A stretch of 63,803 bases of DNA, the filler included, from Intoshia linei (taxonomy: Eukaryota > Animalia > Orthonectida): assembly GCA_001642005.1 (NCBI GenBank). It is 6 parts of 6 records of this genome, joined end to end, with 100 filler letters (N's around TTAATTAATTAA, not from the genome) between each part and the next. Parts side by side here need not be neighbours in the genome. Positions count along the whole stretch, not along the records: positions 1 to 12,225 come from LWCA01001099.1; 5 more parts are not named here. One strand, 5' to 3'. Positions 1-12,325 of the stretch are shown here, one piece after another; within the stretch, counting starts at the first letter, position 1; every line of letters starts with the position of its first letter. Both the position numbers and the translations under genes were made by a program. The notes beneath the pieces were generated by a model. It saw nothing but the letters and a program-made list of their open reading frames with translations. It was not told the origin of the DNA and made no database searches.

Positions 1-482
1 AAATTTTAGGGCTGTTTTCATTAAAAAAAGAGGGGTAATTTGGGGTTTTGGCCCTGAAGATATAATTTATTTAAATTTATGATAATGTTTATGATTTTAA
101 AATCCGCATCAGCGTATATATTTTTTTAAATTCTCCAACTCGTTTGATTTTCAAAAGGCGGGACAACAGGGTTTTTGACCCGTAAGATGTGAAATTGGGA
201 GATTGAAATTTATCTTATTATATGCCCCGAAAAAAACTGTAATTGAAACGTGGTCTTTAAAAAATTCTAAGAGTGGTAGTTATTTCAATAAAGTTTTTGA
301 CCCGTAAGATGTGAAATTGGGAGGTTGAAATTTATCTTATTATACGGTTTTTGACCCTTAAGATGTGAAATTGGGAGGTTGAAATTTATCTTATTATACG
401 CGGAAAAAACTGTAATTGAAATGTTATCTTTAAAAAATTTTAAAAATGGTAGTTATGTCAATAAAGTGGAACGCATATACAC

Positions 483-2364
483 CAGAGGTGGGAACCGATT
501 GATAAAAACCGGTTTTCGGTTAATCGTTTCAATCAACCAACCACCGTTCAAATTCAAAAACGGTTTTTTGCGGTTTTTAAAAGATATAAATTTAAAATTA
601 ATTATTTTTAAATAAAAATAAATTTAACATCATTTGATGATATTTTTCTATTATCGATACATAGTTCTTTTGAATTTGTAATTATTCATATTTACAAAAT
701 TGAAATGGTGTTATTCGACGAATTTGAAAAAGATTGTGATAAATAGTTTATCAAGAAATGCTTTGAAATAGATAAAATTAAGAAAATACAATACTGTAAA
801 ATTGATCAAACCATATTTAACCGAATTTAATATATCTAACAATAAAAAATTTTTGAAGGATCTTATGCATAATGAAGCGAAAAAGGAAAGGGAAATTTTA
901 ATTATGTCTTTAAAAAATCGATTAGTGTCTTTAAAATTCGATAGTGCATCTAAATTTAAAAAGCACTTTTTACTCATAAATGTACAATTTTCTCTAAACC
1001 GCGTTTTGAAAACAATGCATTTAAAGACAATAAAAATGAAAACACGCTCAACGGCTTTAAATTTAAGAACACAAGTCAATTTAACCATGAAACAATATAA
1101 AATAAATCCACAAAACGTAAATGCTATAGCCGTTGATAATGCAGCAAATATGCTTTCGTGTATTAATAAAATTAATGAAGACATAAAACATTTATTAAAC
1201 TTTGAATTGAATGAGCATGAATCTGAAAATGAACTTGAATATTGTCGATTTAGTAATAATAGTGATTTAATTTTCAATGATATAAAAGAATCTCATCTTC
1301 CCAACATTGAAAAAATTTGTTGTGCCTCCCATATGCTACAGTTAGCTGTGAAAAGTTTTGTTTCAAATTTTGATAATGTAATCAAGGTTGTCCGTGAAAT
1401 CTCATAAAAACTTAGAAGTGTTGATTTATATAATGATCTACTTAATTCTAATTTACCATTGCCTCTTCTTGACAACACAACTTGATAGTTTTCAACTTTT
1501 AAAATGGTTTCTTCATTTAAGCTGTTAAGAGATTTTTTAGATTTAAAAGGTTTATATGATACTTTTCAATTATTAGTCACTAGTAAAATTTGGACCACAA
1601 TGAGTATGTTTTGTGAATGTTTAGAGCCTGTATATAATTTCAATCTATCATTACAAAGACGGAATTTCCTGTTTTCCGAATTAGAATTTTAATTTGCTTA
1701 TTTAATAGAAACATTAAAAGAAATAGAAAATAACACTCGCGTCGAATTACTTATTTATTATCTTGAACTGAGAATGGGTATTTTGTTAAAAACTCCTCTA
1801 GTAAAATCAGCTATATTCCTGGATCCTAGATTTCAAAATCAACTAAATGAAACAGATAAAATTGAAGCTATTTCATTCATTTGTCGGTTTTACATGAAAA
1901 CAAGGCATATGTTTATAGATTATGGAATAGATAATAATGATATTGATAATACCAACGAGAATCAATTAAAAAAGTTAAAACAGCAAATGATTATTTTGAG
2001 CGGTTCTATGTTGAAAAAAAGAATAATGCTATATTAACTATTGAAGACGAAATTGTTAATTTTAATGGACACATCCAACTCAATTATTTATCAATTATTT
2101 TGTTGTTTTGGAAAGATAATTCAATAAAATTGAATATTATTGCACAGAACATTCTCCCATTCTGGTTTCCCAGGTATCTATGGAACGAACTATGTCAGAC
2201 CTAGGAATTTGTATTTCCAATAATAATTGAAGATATACTATTCTCAAAAATTAATAGACGTTTTAATAAATGATTTACTACTTTACTTACTTTTTTTGTT
2301 TACCGTTTAAACCGTTTCATCAACCGGGAAAATCAACGCACAATTCTCCCGGTTTTCACCTCTG
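483..2364 (+). mobile_element. Decayed full-length hAT DNA transposon
   Basis: TIRs CAGAGGTGGGAACCG (483) and reverse-complement CAGAGGTGAAAACCG (ending 2364). 8-bp TSD atatacac/atacacac (7/8). Subterminal AACCG repeats at both ends. Confidence 0.85.
802..2200 (+). pseudogene. hAT transposase pseudogene
   Basis: ORF fragments 802-1407, 1504-1692 and 1774-2037 carry hAT motifs SLKFDSA, AVDNAANM, CASHMLQLAV and FLDPRF, with an xERxxS-like dimerisation motif near 2170-2200. The TRW motif is replaced by TGA TAG stops near 1483. Confidence 0.8.
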
Positions 2365-3799
2365 ATACACACAAACAAAAATCGCGTAGCCTTTTATATA
2401 AGTTAGGATTAGGTGTTTTAGTAACATCATTATCGTTTAATTAAAGTATTAAATAGATTCACACTAAAACGTTGAATCCTAGTTATAACTTGTCTGTCTT
2501 TCAGTAATAATTTTTATTTTACACTCAAGACAATTTAGAGGATTTATATTAGTGTTTAAATTTATTAATATACCTTATAATTACTATTTAATTACGTTCA
2601 CACTATATAAATTAACATTATGAGTTTTTTAAGATTGAGGGGAAATGGTATAGTAAATTTAATCTGAAGGGTGATATAGATCAATATTTAGACAAGTTTT
2701 AAGTTCTGTGTTTGCATTTTACATGGTAAAATCCAGATTTAACCATATATGAACGATATTCCAAAAATATTGATAAAAGTGGATAATGGGTTTGATAGAG
2801 TGATTTTTTATTGTAAAGTTTGGAATAATTGGATTTTATATTTTGATCTTAGATGCTGTCATATTTTATCGTAATTATTAATAAAATTTGATTTTTTCTT
2901 TTTGGGTTGGATTTAATGACTTTTACTCGTAAAGTTAATTTTAAAAGCTTAACCGTGATTTTTAACTTTCTTTTGAATTAATTATTTGAAATGATTATTT
3001 CATAATTTTCTTCAAAAACGTTATTGTTTTTGAATTTTTTTTATTAACTATTTAAAATATTACATATACAGTAATAATTTATTACTAATAAAATATATAG
3101 AGCAGTGCTTCTCATGGGGGTGACCAGTTACCCAAAGGGTGAATCATTTTATTAGGGATAAATACGAAAATATTAGATGATGGGGTGAATGATAGATTTT
3201 TAAGCATATTTCGTTAAATCATCCAATTTAGTAAAATCCTATGAGAAAAAACCAAAACTTTACCAAACCTTACGGAATTATTGTTTTGAAAAATCCCATT
3301 TTAAAAAACTTTTAGATAAAAACCCCTCTATTTTATCCCAAAAGAAAAAACCTAATTTTACTAAGCTTTAACCCTTTCAAACCGATATATGACATATGAT
3401 ACATTACTTAAAAAAGCTCATAACTACTAACGCTATAAATATTTTGCAATTATTTTTTTTACCTTTAATCAATATAATGATTTATATTATATACAATTTA
3501 AATTTCACCTATAATGTTATATTATATTACGTAAAATATTATGATACCTTCCTTTCAGAAATAGTTAAAGGTGAAAATTTTTAGATTTTATAAAAAAATT
3601 TAATTTAATCTGGCCCGGGTCTACTGTTGACTCTCCACGACCCTGGCCTGTGTTAGAATGAATAATTCGTTAATTAGAGATACAACCTTTCTAACTAGTA
3701 CAGAATCGCTATTTTTACTAATTGTTACATCGCTATATTTAATACCAATTTTTTGGGGAATAAATAACGAATTGAAAATATATTAATTAATGCTTTTAG

Positions 3800-6700
3800 A
3801 CGGTGGTATTGTCAGCGTAGCAGTTGCATCAGATATGCAAAGTTATTTAGTTGGTCGACTGGATTTTAACATTTATTTGATGGATTTAAAAAATGGTGCT
3901 CTATTAAATGAGTATGTTTCATTATTTAGTAATATCATTATTGGGTTCTAATAAAAAATTATAAACACAGTATACAGAACACTATACATGTATAATTCAA
4001 TGGATTGTAGAAACATTCATATACATTGCCGGTAAAAAGTCTTGGACCCCCAACAGTGATACATTTTGTTAGATAGCAAGTATTCAACTATTTTCTTTTT
4101 AATTGTTAATGATATCCTAGTCATGATATCTAATGTTTAAAATAAAATACAATTTATAAGGAATAACATTACAAAATCAGAATATGTACATTTAAAAAAA
4201 ACCGTGTGATTTTCAATTCTATTTATACTTAATTTTACAAAAATTGTTATTATTACGTTAAATTAGAATAGCAATAAAGTAAACATTAGAGGATGAAAGA
4301 TTATAAGATTAGAGGATAAACATTAGACATTAGTAAAGAGGTTAGAAGAGAAATCATACCCAGTGGTAATAAATATAAATAAATAAATGATATCACTAAT
4401 GCAGGGGACACCTGAACTGGATATGCCCAGACAGACAATTGTCACAATAGCTTGACAAAAACAACAAATTCTGCAACGAAGTGACGATAGTAAAAAATCT
4501 TTGTTAAATCAGAAAAACCTTAAAGAAAGGGTCAAACGACCAGATGGATAAGGAAGTTTTTATGCATTTCCTTAAAAGAAGAGAATCCAAACTTTTTGTA
4601 TTTGGTTAGATATTGTAGGATTATGGACGACAATACCTCCTGAAAAATGATGCTACGTGTAAATTGAGATGTAGTTATGGTTGGTTGCAAAACTTTAAAA
4701 TGAGATTTGCAATTTCCCTAAGACAACTTTCAGAGGAATCATTGTCTGCAGATACCACTAAAATAGAAGAATTCATAAAATGTTAAAAATATCGTCAAAG
4801 AAAAAAAATTGATTTATGCCAGATTACAAGAATTACAAGACAAAAAGTATAAATATTTGTAGATTAAATTTATTTTTAAAACTTTCTCATCATAGTCGTT
4901 TAATTAGATTTAGAATTAGATTATATCACCATCATTTAATATATAATAGTATACTACAGGGGTGGCAGACTCAATTTTCTTGTCAGGCCAAATGTGACAA
5001 AAAAAATATCTTTACTTAAAGCATTATTAAACTAATCGTTTTAATTAATTAATAAAATAAGAAAATAATGAAAATTAATAGAATATGTAAAAAAGAAATG
5101 GGTTCAAAATTTTGTTATAATACGGGCCGCATAATTGTAACCCTGGTATAAATACTATAGTATGATTATAAAATTATAGATTTTTAATTTTTTTAAATAG
5201 GTAATAAATTAAAAACGCGGCAATATTCTTTTTCATGAACATTATTTTAATAAAATGCGGTCCTTTTCTTATGTTCTGTATAAACTGTGAACTTTTCTTA
5301 TTTTTAAGAAATAAGCAGTTTTTTGAAAAATAAAATTAATAAATTATAGCTTATATTACTCTATCTTATACATAATATTCTATATGAATTCAATGTGAAA
5401 TTTTTATATTATCTTGAAATATAAAGTGAAATTTAGTATTTGCTGTATGTATTAACAACTTTTTATACGATCAAATTTGTATTGTATATAGTATAACTAT
5501 ATATCTATATACGATAATAAACTTACATTTGTCAATATTTTATTAATATACTTAATTGATAACGACAATTTCGTTAATTGATCATTCTCAAAATTAATCA
5601 TCATATAGTTATTTTTTTCAAAAAATATACATTTTCTAACTGAGGTTTACCAAAAGCTAAAAATTTATATATAAAATGTTACACCCAATATACATATATT
5701 TTAGATATTCGGGTCATTTAAACAAAGAATACAAAATTACATGTGGATTTTTGCATGATGAGGATTTTGTAGTGTCTGGATCAGAAAATGGAAGTGTTTA
5801 TGTTTGGAACACTGTAACGGTATGATTTTGTGTATTTTTATTTACATTTTATGAATATTTATAATAAATAGTGGACACTAAGCGTGTTATATACTGGTGT
5901 GTTGAATATAGTTTTTTAACTCTACAGTACAACTAAGTAATTTAAAAAAACTCAGTAAAAAGTATTTTGTTAACATTTACATTACATAATAATTCCAATA
6001 TACAATTTCTAATTATTTTTTATATTTTTAAATTACTAGATTGACTGTTATGTACTACGTACAAACAGCACCTAGCTCTGCAGAGGGTAAATTTTTATTC
6101 TACCAAAAAAATAAATTCACGTTCAAAATTTAACTTAAAAATCCTACTATTCACTATTATCAATCGTTTAAGGGAGTGGTTCCCAAACTTGTTTCGGGAA
6201 CCGTATATCAAATTACTAATAATAATAGCATAAATTCCAGAAAAAATAAACTTGTAAAAACCTATTTTATCATTTTCAATTCACTATTTGAGTTCATGCA
6301 TTCTGCCAAACTCATATTGTAAAGTGAAAATTATGCACTAGAGTCTAGTCTAGACATGTAAATATCTATTCTCTGTTACTAGTGGTAACCATACGCATAG
6401 TATTAACATTTAACTTTAGCACACGACAGTAATATCAACATATGTGTTTTTTTTTTAAAAATACACACTTGAGGTATTTTTTAGCGCACTTCAAAAATAA
6501 TAAACGAAGTAGATGATAAATACCATGAGATTCTCTGAATAAGCAATGTTTACTTCCGTATCATTAAAATCTACTAGCTTTGTTCAATGTAAATTGATTC
6601 CATTGCAAATTTTACTGAAATATGTTATCATTTTCTCTTATGTAGTTAAAAAATTAAGCTTGTTTCAATTTTCGAATATAATCTCAAAATTACCACACAT

Positions 6701-7175
6701 TTGATTTGGATGACATCACTGGTAGGCGATGTTCTTATTAGAATTCAGTCTAATAAACTATGATAAAAAAATTGTTACTCAGTCCGCCAATTTAAAACAA
6801 AACTGAATGATTTATCTATATGAGAGAAGATGAGTAACATTTTTCGGCACGTTAGTATATGGAATGAACAATGCTAATGGAACAAATCTTCTAGATTTTA
6901 ATGATACATAATTGAACCGTGTTTAGTCATTCTTTTTTTTAATTTTTGAAGTGTGTTAAAAAAGTGTGTATTTTAACACCAAAAGACACCTTTGCCGTCA
7001 CTATGTTATATTCTTTAGTCAGATTCTAAAAAAATCAATTAAAATTTTAATTTAGGGATCTTGCCATTCCACCCTAGATCACGAAAGAAAAATTATACAT
7101 CATGTAAGTGGACACAACAAAACAGAATCAATTTTAACAGCTTCTGGAGACAACGTTTATTTATGGCAATTGTAA
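3800..7175 (+). CDS. WDR83: WD40-repeat protein WDR83/MORG1-like, last three coding exons (5' exons outside the window)
   Basis: Exons 3800-3911, 5705-5819 and 7056-7175, all GT-AG and in phase. They translate to ...GGIVSVAVASDMQSYLVGRLDFNIYLMDLKNGALLNEYSGHLNKEYKITCGFLHDEDFVVSGSENGSVYVWNTVTGSCHSTLDHERKIIHHVSGHNKTESILTASGDNVYLWQL*, matching the remembered WDR83 C-terminus (LLDKDTGELLGEYKGHKNQEYKLDCCL...VVSCSEDG). Confidence 0.8.
4023..4800 (+). mobile_element. Degraded Tc1/mariner element in a WDR83 intron
   Basis: Tc1-type end TA-CATTGCCGGTAAAAAGTCTTGGAC at 4023. Decayed remnants resemble the DESKF (gaatccaaactttttgtatttgg, ~4583) and VMVWGC (gtagttatggttggttgc, ~4671) motifs. Right boundary approximate. 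Confidence 0.45.
6036..6290 (-). mobile_element. Helitron family A 3' end fragment
   Basis: Reverse complement ends with the hairpin ctgtt-tgtac-gta-gtaca-taacag followed by CTAG|T. Same sequence as 11020-11450. Confidence 0.75.
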
Positions 7176-7789
7176 AATAATCAACTAATTTCATGTAAAT
7201 ATGTACATTTTAATACACTTATTGCATTCATAAACTGCACCGCAAATATGTGCAAAATCCGATTTTTGCAATTAAATATATTTTGAAGGACATCTTAATA
7301 TAATACTGATTATTAACTTGTATTAAAAATTTCGAGAAATTCCATCAATAAATTAACTAACTAACAATTAAAATTTAAACTTTGAAATATGTCTCAAATT
7401 GAGTTTGAGTTTATCAAGATATGATTGATTATCATACTCTTCTTGTGGATTTTGTGTTGAATATCCAAATATCAAGTTCAAAACTATATAAAAAATGAAA
7501 TAATTCATTATCAAATCTATATTTTAAATGATACTATAATACCATTATTTATCTTAATTAAATTTGTCTAGTTTCATTGCATGTTTGTATGTTACTTGTT
7601 AATATTGGTTCTTCTGATTTATATTCTGTTTGTGATATCTTGATTACTCTCTAAAAATTCAGTTATATAAAAAATAAATGACTTAAACATGATAAAATTA
7701 CTTAAAAAAAATAATAGGTCATATATAGGATTATAATCAAATCAAGCCACAGCTTCATAACACTTATTTTTGCGTATAAAAATTTATTA

Positions 7790-7900
7790 TTTGCATTTTC
7801 AAAAGATTTTTCAATGCAATTACTTATAGTTTCACTTTTGAAACTTATCCAGACTTTCGCAATCCAAACTATTGATTTATATAGATTAATTTGTTTACAT
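7790..7900 (-). pseudogene. pogo/Tigger-like transposase C-terminal remnant
   Basis: Minus frame reads KQINLYKSIVWIAKVWISFKSETISNCIEKSF, resembling the DDE_1 C-terminal motif (AIxWIAKAWxxVxxETIxNCF). Confidence 0.4.
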
Positions 7901-8782
7901 CATTCCTCTTGCCTGGTATAATTTTAGATTTTGAATACATTAAACTAAAAAAATCCGTCGAAAAATAGGGAATATGTCAAAAAGACGAAAAACAAAAGCA
8001 AATCTTATACATTTAAAATGTCTCGACAGTTGATACTCAAAGTTATACAAAACATTATGCATCACATGTATGTAATATCACAATTATTTCGCGGACCGGC
8101 TAATTATTTTGTGAAACGCTGATATACAACACATGCTGATCTTTGACTAAACTTAGGGTAACACGTTTAACATGGTTTCTCGAAATTATTAATTATTACA
8201 ATAATAAATAACTCCATTTATGAAACAAATCAAAACCCAATTAAAAAATAATTAATTAATGAATCTAGCAATTGAAAGCTAAGCTGTAATGACGGATTTT
8301 CAATGAGGACAATAACTATAAATTACTTTAATAGTGACACGTTAAGTCTTCATAATAAGGATAATAATTTTTTTTTAATGAAATTATACATTTACTTAAA
8401 TTGTAGTACTTGTGGAAATATTAAGTATATGTATTAAATTGTACAACAATTGTAATATAATTATATTATTTTTTTAATTTTGGAATTTAGTGATGTATTA
8501 TAATTAATAATTATATATTCTTCCATCCGAAATTTTAAATTAACATTCTTTTCACTAATTTTTAAAGATTTTGAAGATACTATAAGATTTTAAAATATCC
8601 CTTCAAATTTTTGGTCATTGTTCTTGAAGAAACCACAAAAATATTGTCAAAAAATAAATATTATGATTAATCAACGAAATCGATGACTATGTTGCTTTAA
8701 AATGTATCCGTCTAACAATAAATCGCTCAAACGTATGTCGCTCAACTGAAATTAAAATAGTGCGCCAATTAAAAAAGTCTAA

Positions 8783-8833
8783 CCTCGGCAGAGCTAGCTA
8801 CTGTTGGTACGAAGTACAAACCAGTCAAGCTAG
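8783..8833 (+). mobile_element. Isolated Helitron family A 3' terminus
   Basis: cctcggcagagctagctactgttggtacgaagtacaaaccagtcaagCTAG|T, a diverged copy of the family 3' end. Confidence 0.55.
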
Positions 8834-9267
8834 TACATGTATAATATATCGTATATCAAGTCTGATAAACTTTATTTGTTAATGATCCAATTAATGATTG
8901 AGTGACATTGGAGATAGTCCAGTGCCAATTCTACGATAATCAATGACACCAAGAATGAGTCATTTAAAACCATTCTATTTTCTATATAAATTTTAATATT
9001 TTGTATTATTTTAATACATTTCAATAAATTTGTTGCATTAACTTATTGTTTTTGTTTGAAAACTGTTAATGTAAATTAATTTGATATTGAATAGAGACAT
9101 TTCGTGTTTTGTGCAATATCTAGGGAAAATTAAAAATTAATAAAAATATCAATTCATATATCTACTATTAAAAATAATGTGTTGTTTGTTACTATGATTT
9201 AGCGAATATTAATAGATAATCATTTAATCGTATCTTCAACTGTAAAACTGACATTACCACAAAAGTT

Positions 9268-10187
9268 ATGAGTAGTACAGATAGTTGGCGCACTGTAGAT
9301 ATATCAGTGGAACCGGACTCGATAAATTCCGTTAATTTCGTAATTTTAATTAGAAATATCGTTATTATCTATACGTATATAGGAGGAATACATTGGATCT
9401 GACCCATTATTTGTAGATTTTTTAAATAGATATTTAGCTTCACCGGTAATTTTTATATAAAATGTATTTCCCATTGATTAGGTCTTTCCTGAAAAAATAC
9501 AATTTAATAGAAAAAATTCATGTTTCCAATACACTAACTCATCTGAATCAAAAATTAATAAAGCAATAAAAAAGGTCTATCATGATGTAAAAAACGCTAA
9601 ACCGGTTCCATTTTTTCATCCCGTTCGAAATCACAGCTATACTGTTCCAAAATCAATCAATTTTAATATTAAACAAATTGTGAATCCATTAAAATTACAC
9701 ACAACTTATAATGTGGAGGTGATTCATGCCGAGTTATTTGTAAAAATTTATGTTTAGGTTCTTAGTAAGGATCAGTGTTTGTCATGGATTAAAGAAAATA
9801 GGTTGGAACATTTTCTCGTTAGTAGGCACTATTCAGAGTAATTGCTAAATTTTTTACTATTTTTTATTTTTAAATGTTTAAACTAATTTAAGTTGTTTAT
9901 AAATTTTTCATAGGTTTAGAATTTCTTCTCTTATTGCGCAGATATTTAAAGAGTATAAAGATATTTACAGGTCTAATGGGGCAAATGATAATTCTGTTTA
10001 TTTCAAACCAATGGTCGATGAATATCAAAAATTTAACGAATTTTCAGAAACAAAAACTGAAATATCCCAAACTGAAGACTTTGTTAGTTGTAAGCAATCT
10101 AGTTACATGATGTCGACTTCCGAAACTTACGATGACGTAAGTTTAATAAACGGGCATACCCATAGTAAAAAAGCACTACCAATTTAA
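9268..10187 (+). CDS. RGS22: RGS22-like protein, N-terminal five exons
   Basis: Exons 9268-9339, 9383-9445, 9482-9718, 9758-9837 and 9914-10136 (donor GAC|gtaagt; read-through stop at 10187). Translation MSSTDSWRTVDISVEPDSINSVNFEEYIGSDPLFVDFLNRYLASPVFPEKIQFN...YNVEVLSKDQCLSWIKENRLEHFLVSRHYSEFRISSLIAQ aligns with the remembered RGS22 N-terminus (EPPTITEEEFEDSLATDDFLVDYFNEFLSLPTF...CLSREEGIKWIKKERLPAFLESDCYFEYRLAKLVSQ). Confidence 0.75.
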
Positions 10188-10324
10188 TTTGGTATTGTTG
10201 ATACTCAAACTACGTGTCTTTAATTATACATTTTATCTGCAAAATGAGTGATTTTAATTAGTTTCAGTTAACTCTTTGAAGATCCATCGCACGAGTACGT
10301 GCACAATATCAATCCTAAATAATA

Positions 10325-11450
10325 ATTTTAATGAAAACAGCCCTACAATTTCAAAAAATTTACAGGTTGTACAGTTGTATCCTGTTAACACACACAGAAA
10401 AGTACAGTTGTATCCTGTTAACACACATAAAAAATTTCAATCCGAATAAGTGACGACCTTCACGGTAAAAAAAGCATTTAATTCATATATTTTTTTCTGA
10501 AATATTATATTAAAACAAAAAATGTGAAATAATTAACGGTTCCAAAATTAAAAAAAATATTATTCTGATAGAGCTTATTCCAGTTGATATTAATACAAAA
10601 ATTCAACCCCAGAAATCTACGTATTCCCGATGAAAAATAATTTTTAATATATTATCAACCAATATTTTTCAAATATTTCGAATTAAAATAAAAATGATCC
10701 TACAATTTCAATAAAAATGTGCATTAAATGTCTACACATTTCCAATAAAGAAATATGGGTGAAAATTTACTTAATTCATTTTTTCGGAATTTTTTTCATT
10801 GCTACGCAATTTTTAAATTTCAAATTCTCATTTTCAAAATATTTTGTATAAAATTTAAATTATAACACTACTGCAACGAATTTATAAAACTTCAATTTTG
10901 ATACTAACTTATAAATGTGTTATTTTTTTACTTATAATTGTTTCAAATTTAACATAAAATGGCAAAAAAAAAAATGACATTCAGAAGCAAACAGGCCATA
11001 AAGGTGAAGATGAGACGTCTCAATGATTCATCACATTGAAAATGACAAAATAGGTTTTTATAATTTTATTTTTTCTGGAATTTATGCTATTTTGACAAAA
11101 TTTTTAATGAGTGTTTTTACTTTATTGTTAAGATTATACAACTCATTCTGTCTAATAAATTATTGTTTTTACTTTATTTCTAAATGTTATAAAAAAATTA
11201 TACAAAAAATTATACAAAAAATTATACAAAAAATTAAGATGGAATAATTCACTTTAAAGTAAAAAGTAATGATATATGATGGTTCCACCTGAAACAAATT
11301 TGAGAACCACTCCTTGAAAGGATTGATAATAGTGAATAGTAGGATTTTTAAGTTAGATTTTCAACGTGAATTTATTTTTTTTGTATAATAAAAATGTGCC
11401 TTCAGCAGAGCTAGGTGCTGTTTGTACGTAGTACATTACAGTCAACCTAG
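10325..11450 (+). mobile_element. Helitron family A, 5'-truncated copy with intact 3' end
   Basis: Colinear with 32570-33230. Ends gtgctgtttgtacgtagtacattacagtcaacCTAG|T. Has an internal 12-nt tandem (aaaaaattatac) at ~11190-11232. Confidence 0.8.
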
Positions 11451-11594
11451 TAAATTATAAAATCGCAAAAGCAAATTATTAATGTATTAAGGCTAAATTA
11501 CAGAAGAAATTAGAAGCCAATAAACTTAAGATTGTTTACTTCAATAATTAACTATCGCACAGATTTGTAATTTTATAATTTATTGATATTGAAA

Positions 11595-11710
11595 GACGTT
11601 CGATATAGCGATCATCATAATAGCGATGTTAATAACAGCGACTATTGCAAAAAGCATCATAACAGCGACGTTAATTATAGCGACTATTGCAAATAGCATC
11701 ATAATAGCGA
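11595..11710. repeat. 42-bp tandem repeat (about 2.3 copies) built from atagcga/acagcga submotifs
   Basis: Units catcataatagcgatgttaataacagcgactattgcaaaaag start at 11613, 11655 and 11697. Confidence 0.8.
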
Positions 11711-12225
11711 AAATTTTATCAAATCTTATAACATTTTTTTGAACCAAAATATGATTAGAGTTAATAAGGTTTAATTAAGTACCTAGAAAGCATACATTAG
11801 TGCAAAAATGACAGGTGGTGTAATGAATACAATGCAATTTAATCATAATTTAATAATTCCACATAGCTGGTTTTAAATTTTACAACAAATCTCATTTTAA
11901 AATAATTAATATACCTCAAAGGTTAAAAGAGAATGTTTATTAACTTAATTTTAATTTTAAATTAAATTAAAAATTATAGACCTTAATTAATTTTAGAAAA
12001 AAAAAAAAATTTAATTAATTTATGTTGAAAGTGTTTCAAAACACACATAATATTGATAAATTCGTATTTTAAACGCGTTCTACGTTTTGTAACAAAATTA
12101 GAAGCAGTAGTGAAATTTCTTACATTTTGTGTTGACGTAAATTAACGGTCATAAAGGCTTCCTTTAATTTCAACAATCTTGATGATAGCGTTCCAGTTCG
12201 TAACAACTCATAATATTTTTCAAAA

Positions 12226-12325
12226 NNNNNNNNNNNNNNNNNNNNNNNNNNNNNNNNNNNNNNNNNNNNTTAATTAATTAANNNNNNNNNNNNNNNNNNN
12301 NNNNNNNNNNNNNNNNNNNNNNNNN
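12226..12325. other. Assembly linker (44N-TTAATTAATTAA-44N)
   Basis: Exactly 100 nt with a six-frame stop cassette; identical at five places. Confidence 0.95.

Larger units (their letters stand above)
1..2408 (-). mobile_element. Non-autonomous Helitron (family A), 5' portion, interrupted by a hAT insertion at 483-2364
   Basis: 1-482 plus 2365-2408 match the dispersed repeat also seen at 21960-22436, 32239-33383, 39800-40237, 55295-55693 and 60076-60340. On the minus strand it begins A|TCCTAACTTATATAA followed by a TG microsatellite. It contains a triplicated ~53-nt block (gtttttgacccgtaagatgtgaaattgggag...) at ~171, ~293 and ~346. Confidence 0.75.

Noticed and set aside
379-615. ORFs 379-615, 60138-60344, 58039-58224, 11023-11247 and 24196-24513
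   Set aside because: They lie in multicopy non-coding Helitron/MITE sequence, and the frames are not conserved between copies.
711-1478. Minus-strand ORFs 711-1277 and 1293-1478
   Set aside because: Antisense shadows of the hAT transposase.
7370-8700. Possible minus-strand gene between WDR83 and RGS22 (e.g. LNLIFGYSTQNPQEEYDNQSYLDKLKLNLRHISKFKF* at ~7483-7368)
   Set aside because: Exon-like pieces exist, but I could not join them into a stop-free spliced model or recognise a family.
12270-12281. TTAATTAATTAA palindrome as a biological motif
   Set aside because: Always centred in N-runs; an artificial six-frame stop linker.
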